Part shown: positions 57,749 through 64,000 of the stretch, piece after piece
Layout of the letters: each line of letters opens with the position of its first letter
Numbering within the stretch: the stretch's first letter is position 1
DNA from: Candidatus Obscuribacterales bacterium
GTDB taxonomy: Bacteria > Cyanobacteriota > Vampirovibrionia > Obscuribacterales > Obscuribacteraceae
Length of the DNA stretch: 64,000 nucleotides
Direction: 5' to 3'
Assembly: GCA_965228855.1 (NCBI GenBank)
Contig: CBDDIJ010000005.1
Span: forward strand, 352,001 to 416,000
Notes under the pieces: generated by a model
Seen by the model: only the letters and a program-made list of their open reading frames with translations
Told to the model about the DNA's origin: nothing
The model's database searches: none
Translations under genes and position numbers: made by a program

Positions 57749-59272
57749 ATGGAACTTCCAGCGCGGACTCAAGAAGAGAAAAGCAGCAAGAATTTCGTGA
57801 TACCTTATCTGCCCGTTCCCAGACGGGTCGGTCTTTCCGTTGCCGCAATCGCTCTGCTTCTAGCGATTAGCTCTTTAGGCTGCCTGATTGCGTGGAACGT
57901 TCTTGGTTTGCCGTCGGAACTATTTGCGACTTGCGTTGCGGTTTGCGTCGCTTCATTCGGCGCGATATTCAGTTTTCTCGCGCTTGAGAAGAAACTCGCA
58001 AATGAAGTCGCAATAGGAATTGAGGATGACGGCATTCAGTTTCCGTACATCTTCGGTCCGGATCTGTTGTTTAGAACAAAACGCGAGTGGAATGACATTG
58101 CCCATGTGTTAATCGGCTCTCTAAGCGGCAGAGTGCCGGGTGCGTATGAGTTTGAACTCGAAAAGGAAAGTGACACTCGACACAAGATCTTCATTTACTT
58201 CAAATCGGGTGGACACGCTCATATAGACCTTCGACGCATGTCTAAGAAGGGTTACGAACTCTTGTTCGTGGCGTTGGAACCGTTCTGCATCGACTACCAT
58301 CGCGCGCCCCAGATCCGCCAAGACCGCGACGACAACCGATTCATCGAAGGGAAGCAGCAGACTTCATCGGAAGCGCCGCAAAGCTTTACCGAGCTCTGGG
58401 AGCAAGAGATGCAAGATCACTTCTCCGCCACGAATTTCGTCCCGCTCAAAAAAGGAACGTTGCTTAGAGGCGGGAGATTCCGAGTGCTGATGCAGATTGC
58501 AGCGGGAGGCTTGTCCGCGATCTACCTGGCGGAAACACCCGAGAAAGAACTGCGGGTTATCAAGGAAGCGTGCCTCCCGCCAACGCTCGAGAGCAGTTTA
58601 AGAGAAAAAGCGAAAGAGCTATTCACTCGCGAAGCAACTATTTTGCAGCGGCTCTCTCATCCCAAAATCGCCAAAGTGCTGGATTATTTTGTCGAAGACG
58701 CCAGAGATTATCTCGTTCTGGAATTCGTGCCGGGACACACTTTGCGACAACTGGTAAAACAAAATGGCGCGATGGCAGAGGAAGATGTTCTTCGCTATTC
58801 AAAGCAGGTGGCGGAAATCCTCACCTATTTGCACTCACAACAGCCGCCAATCATCCACCGAGATATCACGCCGGACAACCTGGTTTTGCGTGAAGACGGC
58901 GCGATTGTGATCATAGACTTCGGAGCCGCTAATGAGGTTTTGGGAACAGCGACCGGGACGTTGATTGGAAAGCAGGCATACATAGCGCCTGAGCAATTCA
59001 GAGGTCACCCAGACCTGCAAAGCGACATCTATGCCCTGGGAGGCTCGATGCATTTTCTGCTGACAGGAAAAGACCCGGAAGCTCTATCGAAATCGCATCC
59101 CAGGGCAGAGAAACCGTCGCTCTCGCAGGAAACAGACGAACTTGTCGCAAACTGCACAGCTGAAGATACGAGCGAGCGGATTGGCGATGCGCAGATGCTG
59201 GTAGACAAAATAGATGCGATACTAACGAGTATGGGTGGCGTGATTATCACCACAGGCGGTGCTAGAGATTAA
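57749..59272 (+). CDS. Ser/Thr kinase with N-terminal TM hairpin
   Basis: Two TM helices, then AGGLSAIY, VIKE, HRDITPDN, DFG, GKQAYIAPEQ. Confidence 0.92.
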   Translation: MELPARTQEEKSSKNFVIPYLPVPRRVGLSVAAIALLLAISSLGCLIAWNVLGLPSELFATCVAVCVASFGAIFSFLALEKKLANEVAIGIEDDGIQFPYIFGPDLLFRTKREWNDIAHVLIGSLSGRVPGAYEFELEKESDTRHKIFIYFKSGGHAHIDLRRMSKKGYELLFVALEPFCIDYHRAPQIRQDRDDNRFIEGKQQTSSEAPQSFTELWEQEMQDHFSATNFVPLKKGTLLRGGRFRVLMQIAAGGLSAIYLAETPEKELRVIKEACLPPTLESSLREKAKELFTREATILQRLSHPKIAKVLDYFVEDARDYLVLEFVPGHTLRQLVKQNGAMAEEDVLRYSKQVAEILTYLHSQQPPIIHRDITPDNLVLREDGAIVIIDFGAANEVLGTATGTLIGKQAYIAPEQFRGHPDLQSDIYALGGSMHFLLTGKDPEALSKSHPRAEKPSLSQETDELVANCTAEDTSERIGDAQMLVDKIDAILTSMGGVIITTGGARD

Positions 59273-59278
59273 AGGCTG

Positions 59279-60919
59279 ATGTATCAATCGAAACAAACTC
59301 TAGCTCAGCGATTATGGATGTCGCCTTATGCCCAGGAATATACCGAATACTGGATACGGTACAAACCTGAGCGTTTAGGACGTCAGCGTCTGGGTCGTTC
59401 AAGATTCGCTATTGGAACCGTTGTTGCAATCTCGTTCAGCGCCGCAATGGCGATTCTACTCCTCGGCGTAAATCATGTATTATCAGGTTTTCTGCTGATA
59501 TTTCTTGCCGGAATCATGGTTAGCGCTGCAGTATGTGCGCTTACCATGGTTGACGTATTCGCTCCGACGCACATCGAGTTCAATGATAAGGGCATGCGAT
59601 TTCACTGGCTCACCCTGCTATTTCGAGGCTGCACGCCGCTGATTACCTGGGACCGAATATCACACGTTACGACGCTTTCGCGCAACGTACTCAGCAAAGA
59701 AGAAATAACGATCGAGTTCAATGCCATTGCCCGCGGTATCGGACTGAGCAAACGAGTGAGCTACTTTCTGCTAACGCCAAAGTTGACCTGGGGCTGGTTG
59801 ACGAGTGACCGGGCACAAATACACTTCGAGATTGATGCAATTGCATCCAGCGATGATAGAAAACGTCTGCAACTCGCGCTCAAAAAGTTTTTACCCTCAT
59901 ATCGCATCGAACCCAAAGTGGCTGACGATTTGAATATGTTCGTAAAATTCGACTCTTACACGGATCTCTGGCTGGACAAATTACAGGAGGATTCTAATCG
60001 CAGTCGCGATAGCAAGTTGGAAGCAAACACCATACTCGCCTGCGGAACTTATCAAATTATTGAACCAATCGGTTCAGGCGGACAAGCCCTGGTCTACCTC
60101 GGCACGATGTTGAAACCGCTTCCGGCTCCGGATTGCAAGAATTCCGAGACCGTCGTAGATATGTCGGATATTCCGATAGCCTTGACAGGTCTGGAAACGG
60201 AAAACGGTGCGCCACCAACTGTGGTGCTGAAAGAATTTGTGCTGCCCACCCAGGCTGGCAATAACGTTCGGAAACGAGTCCTGGAGAACATTCAGAAAGA
60301 AGCGACTCTATGGCGGAAATTGCGCCATCCCAACATCGCCAGGCTAATCGATTTCTTTGTAGAGGACCAGCGCGCTTATCTGGTTTTAGAACACGTCAGC
60401 GGCCAGACGCTGAAAGAGCGCGTCAATCAAGGCGGTCCGATGAAGGAGCAAGATGTGGTAGAGCTTGCGATAAAAATGTGCGACATTCTCGGTTACCTGC
60501 ATCGCCGCCAACCACCAGTCATACATCGCGATTTCACACCGGACAATTTGATTATGGACAATTCCGGGGTAGTTAAGTTGATCGACTTCAACGTCGCTCA
60601 GCAGCTTGAGGCCCAGACAACGAAGACAGTCGTCGGGAAACATTCATACATTCCTCCGGAGCAATTTCGCGGAAAAGCCGTCCCCCAGAGTGATATTTAC
60701 TCCCTGGGAGCGACACTGGCGTATCTCCTTACAGGCAAGGATCCGGAGCCAATCACGCAAGCACATCCTGGGGAAACTAATGGTACCGTCAGCGAGGAGC
60801 TGGACTCCATCATTGCGAAGAGCACCGCGCTTGGACTTTCGACCCGTTATCAGACTTGTCAGGAACTAAAAACAGATCTGATTTCCCTTCTCAGCCCCCA
60901 AGCGGCTGACGCAGAGTGA
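59279..60919 (+). CDS. Ser/Thr kinase with N-terminal TM hairpin (paralog of the upstream gene)
   Basis: GSGGQ, VLKE, HRDFTPDN, DFN, GKHSYIPPEQ. Confidence 0.92.
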   Translation: MYQSKQTLAQRLWMSPYAQEYTEYWIRYKPERLGRQRLGRSRFAIGTVVAISFSAAMAILLLGVNHVLSGFLLIFLAGIMVSAAVCALTMVDVFAPTHIEFNDKGMRFHWLTLLFRGCTPLITWDRISHVTTLSRNVLSKEEITIEFNAIARGIGLSKRVSYFLLTPKLTWGWLTSDRAQIHFEIDAIASSDDRKRLQLALKKFLPSYRIEPKVADDLNMFVKFDSYTDLWLDKLQEDSNRSRDSKLEANTILACGTYQIIEPIGSGGQALVYLGTMLKPLPAPDCKNSETVVDMSDIPIALTGLETENGAPPTVVLKEFVLPTQAGNNVRKRVLENIQKEATLWRKLRHPNIARLIDFFVEDQRAYLVLEHVSGQTLKERVNQGGPMKEQDVVELAIKMCDILGYLHRRQPPVIHRDFTPDNLIMDNSGVVKLIDFNVAQQLEAQTTKTVVGKHSYIPPEQFRGKAVPQSDIYSLGATLAYLLTGKDPEPITQAHPGETNGTVSEELDSIIAKSTALGLSTRYQTCQELKTDLISLLSPQAADAE

Positions 60920-61070
60920 GTTTTCAATGCTTCATCGAAACGGCCGAATTTCAGGTCTAGCGGTATATGAACTGATATGATTCATAGCTAAGCTCAATTT
61001 CGGCTTAAAACGGTACGCAGCAGTTGGCTGCGCGTAGAAGGCAACCTCAACTCAGAGAGTTATACGGCAG

Positions 61071-61952
61071 ATGTCGGCGACAACAAAGTTCAAATTTCCA
61101 GAACGAATCTCATTGGGTGGACTCTATCTGGCCGCTAAATCTTTCCCCCACCAGCGCAAATGGGTAGGCGAGGCCGTGGGTGAAGTCACTCCGGCTGTTC
61201 CCGATGACAAAATGCTCGGTCTGCAAATCAGTGGACATATCGCCGAAGGGACGCTGACCGAATCTCTGGAAACGCTCAAAAACCTTCAATCCTTCGACCT
61301 TTCAACGGTCAGATTTTCGGATGCGATACTGAAAGAAATTGCGCATTTAGATCAGACCATAGAGTTGCGCCTTGATTTTGTCCCATTTGAAGACTCGCAT
61401 GTCGCCAAGCTCTCGCCGCTTAAGAAGCTTTCTACGATCTGGTTTCTTCACACTGCAATCACAAATAAGAGTCTGCGGCAACTGGCAACCATGCCGTCGT
61501 TACAGCACCTCGTCCTGAAGAAGACCGATATTACCGATGGCGGTCTCGTTCATCTAAGTGATTTAAAAGACTTGCGCACGCTGCTTTTGCCGTCGGAAAT
61601 AACCGACAACGGTCTTGAGGAACTCGCGAAACTCGAGCGATTGCTTCATCTCGATATCTCGAATACAAAAGTCACGGACAAAGGTCTGGAGTTTGTGGGC
61701 GGCATGTCGAATTTACAGACCCTCTGCCTGAATGACACCGCTGTTGGTGATAACGGACTCAAGCACCTCTCCAACTTGTCGAACTTGAGAACGCTCTATC
61801 TGAGCGGCACAAAAGTGACCGACAAAGGAATCGCGAATCTGGAAAAATTGACGAATCTGGATTATCTGGAAATTCGCGATAATAGTGTTACGGATGCTGG
61901 ATTGCAGAAATTGAGAGCGGCAGTGCCGGCTTGCACGGTTTTCGGACCTTAA
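61071..61952 (+). CDS. Leucine-rich repeat protein (about 24-aa RI-like repeats)
   Basis: Repeated L..L..L.L..T.(I/V)TD.GL. Confidence 0.92.
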   Translation: MSATTKFKFPERISLGGLYLAAKSFPHQRKWVGEAVGEVTPAVPDDKMLGLQISGHIAEGTLTESLETLKNLQSFDLSTVRFSDAILKEIAHLDQTIELRLDFVPFEDSHVAKLSPLKKLSTIWFLHTAITNKSLRQLATMPSLQHLVLKKTDITDGGLVHLSDLKDLRTLLLPSEITDNGLEELAKLERLLHLDISNTKVTDKGLEFVGGMSNLQTLCLNDTAVGDNGLKHLSNLSNLRTLYLSGTKVTDKGIANLEKLTNLDYLEIRDNSVTDAGLQKLRAAVPACTVFGP

Positions 61953-61998
61953 TCTAAATCTGTTGGATAAAGTATGCTACGGGATGTAGGAATTCCCA

Positions 61999-62027
61999 TT
62001 GACATCCTTTGTCTACGGCCTTACTAT
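61999..62027 (+). promoter_or_regulatory. Sigma70-type promoter for ORF 62081
   Basis: TTGACA-N17-TACTAT. Confidence 0.6.
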
Positions 62028-62080
62028 AACCGCCAAAGTGCCCAAACTGCGGCACAATTGGCGTTTTGCTGGAGTAAACC

Positions 62081-62470
62081 ATGAGCACTCCCTTTATGAT
62101 GCGACCTCCCGAGGAAGAGACTCGGACATATCGAAAGCCCGGCGAGGAACCGCCGAAGCCGCCGCTCGAAGTAATCAAGCTACTTATTAAGCAAACCTGG
62201 GAAAGCGTTTGGGCACCACTGACAGGCAAGGTAAAGAAACAGGTGGAGAGAAGAACCGCTCCGCTTGAGGAAAGACTGCGTGACGCTCGCAATGCAGTGC
62301 TCACCGATGAAGAAATAGAAGTCTTGTTGAACGATCCTAATCCCATGGTCAGACTGGAGCTCGTGCACAATGACACCATATCCGGTGAAGTGCTCGAGCG
62401 GTTGAAACACGATCCTGACGTAACCGTTTCAACCATAGCCAGGAGAAAACAGATTCAATTCATTCTTTGA
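62081..62470 (+). CDS. Small protein with leucine-rich-variant (LRV/HEAT-like) repeats
   Basis: LLNDPNPMVR.ELV.N...EVLERLKHDPD..V; GGAG SD. Confidence 0.7.
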   Translation: MSTPFMMRPPEEETRTYRKPGEEPPKPPLEVIKLLIKQTWESVWAPLTGKVKKQVERRTAPLEERLRDARNAVLTDEEIEVLLNDPNPMVRLELVHNDTISGEVLERLKHDPDVTVSTIARRKQIQFIL

Positions 62471-62472
62471 GC

Positions 62473-63828
62473 TCAAGCCAGTTTCACTGCGCCGTCCGAT
62501 GAGCGAATCTCAGCGTTCAAACGAGTGAACACAACATCTTTTACGGTCCGCCGTTGCCTGAAGTCCACCGGATATCTTGCGGTCAGTTCGTATCTGCTGT
62601 CAACGATCGCCATAGTAACGAGCGGGTCAATCAGTTCGTCTTCAACAAGATACTTTTCTTTCAATCTAAGCCACCCCAGTTTAGCCTCATTAGCATATTC
62701 GCCGGTCACGTCCTCTATGACGCGCTGCACCTTCTGCTTGGCGAGATCAACATCGCTGTCAATACTCAATCGGATAACCACTTCGTCCCAGAGGAATGAA
62801 AGGTCGCGAGAGTAATTGTATGAAGCGCCGACGAACACACTAGCATTTGCGATTCTGACTATTCGCCCGGTATACAAATCGCCCTGCACCCACTCGCCTA
62901 ATTCCATGAGCGTCGTTCGCACTAGACCGACATCAATCACGTCGCCCTTGACGCCGGCAATCTGGACACGATCTCCGACCCGATAAGTATCGCCAAAAGT
63001 AATAGCCATCCAGCCGGCCATGCTGACGATGAGCTCTTTCAACGCGAGTGCTATACCTGCGGTAGCTGCACCCAAGATAACTGCCAGGCTTCCGAGAGTA
63101 TCACTGAATACCACTGATAGAAAAACCAGAGCGATGAAGTAGGCCGAAAATTCGGTGATCTTCGAGACAGTGTAGCGCTTGTAGGATTCGTGAAAGTACT
63201 TGGGCAGCGAGCGTCGGATAGAGTACGCGATAAAAATAATTAGTACAAGTCCGACCAGACTTATACCGATGCGCAAGGATAGCGGGTTTGCGAGCACGTA
63301 AATTATGTTTTCTCGGACCGTTCCAATCTTCACCTGATTGATCGCGTCGCTCAAATTTCGCCGATAGCGCTCTGATTCAACAACAGACTTAATGCTGCTA
63401 AGCCACTTCTGAGCGAGAACATCAGGTGTTGTGTCCTCCGCCTTGTAATCAACCTCTCCAACCGTTACTAAAGTTTTGTCACCATATACGATGGCATATG
63501 TATTTCCTTCCGTCTTGATCGCAATCCCGGAAGGTTTGAAAGCTTGGTCCTCAATTACGGAATCTAGCGCAGTCGTTAATTGCCTTACGCGATGCTCCGC
63601 GCTTCTGCCACCGACCGAACCATGCACGACTAGAATTTCCTTGCCGTGAACGACAACGGGCACGGACAGCCCGCTCTTTCTCGTTTTAAATTGTTGGTTC
63701 GTACCACTGTCCACAGACGAGGGTTGTCGTTCACTCTCGGTCTGAGCAAACGCCGGCACCGGCATAAAACCAACGAATGCGGTTAAAACGGTTGCAAGAA
63801 CGATAAGATGAATTCTGAAATTCGACAT
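62473..63828 (-). CDS. Mechanosensitive ion channel MscS family with periplasmic N-domain
   Basis: Signal peptide, three TM helices, GIALALKE, YRVGDRVQI..GDV.DVG...T, N..V..NYS. Confidence 0.92.
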   Translation of the reverse strand: MSNFRIHLIVLATVLTAFVGFMPVPAFAQTESERQPSSVDSGTNQQFKTRKSGLSVPVVVHGKEILVVHGSVGGRSAEHRVRQLTTALDSVIEDQAFKPSGIAIKTEGNTYAIVYGDKTLVTVGEVDYKAEDTTPDVLAQKWLSSIKSVVESERYRRNLSDAINQVKIGTVRENIIYVLANPLSLRIGISLVGLVLIIFIAYSIRRSLPKYFHESYKRYTVSKITEFSAYFIALVFLSVVFSDTLGSLAVILGAATAGIALALKELIVSMAGWMAITFGDTYRVGDRVQIAGVKGDVIDVGLVRTTLMELGEWVQGDLYTGRIVRIANASVFVGASYNYSRDLSFLWDEVVIRLSIDSDVDLAKQKVQRVIEDVTGEYANEAKLGWLRLKEKYLVEDELIDPLVTMAIVDSRYELTARYPVDFRQRRTVKDVVFTRLNAEIRSSDGAVKLA

Positions 63829-64000
63829 GAATCCCGTGAGCGAACGGAGGCAATTACTAACATTTTAACCTCTTGAATAGCCACTCATCCATTGAGATTC
63901 GCTCTTATGAACGCTGTTCATGCCATTTTCGCGCATTGTTTCATAAATGCGTATTCGGGTAGAAAGTTGGTGGACGGTTCGAAGGACTCAGAAAAATGAG

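Overview
Gene-dense bacterial chromosomal window of roughly 50% GC. It most likely comes from a non-photosynthetic Cyanobacteriota (Vampirovibrionia/Melainabacteria, Obscuribacterales-like). This is inferred from a cyanobacterial-type CobT and J-domain protein, Firmicute-like gene orders (hom-thrC-thrB-ask, rplS-ylqF-rnhB) and the expansion of kinases, TPR and LRR proteins. Housekeeping content: ruvA, tRNA-Pro(CGG), the threonine pathway operon, aroF, cobT, an acyl-CoA dehydrogenase, rnhB, ylqF, rplS, nrdR, rimO, rodZ-like, rluB-like, coaBC, metG and mscS. Accessory and signalling content: a truncated Rpn/DUF4351 gene, five kinase-fold proteins, two REC-GGDEF proteins, TPR/LRR proteins, a hydantoinase-family enzyme with a permease, a TonB-like protein and an HxlR/rhodanese pair. 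I saw no CRISPR array, rRNA, integrase or prophage. The most notable unexplained signals are: (1) five perfect plus one near-perfect GTAG-N8-CTAC palindromes between divergent small-protein genes at 39.0-40.3 kb; (2) a recurring ECF-sigma-like motif GGAA-N16-18-GTCTA upstream of kinase, TPR and small genes; (3) strong intragenic ribosome-binding sites predicting second proteins inside the Rpn and aspartate kinase genes; (4) a bacterial selenoprotein-N-like protein with Glu at the Sec position; (5) a tandem kinase pair with swapped catalytic Lys/Thr. All family calls come from motif recognition, not database searches.
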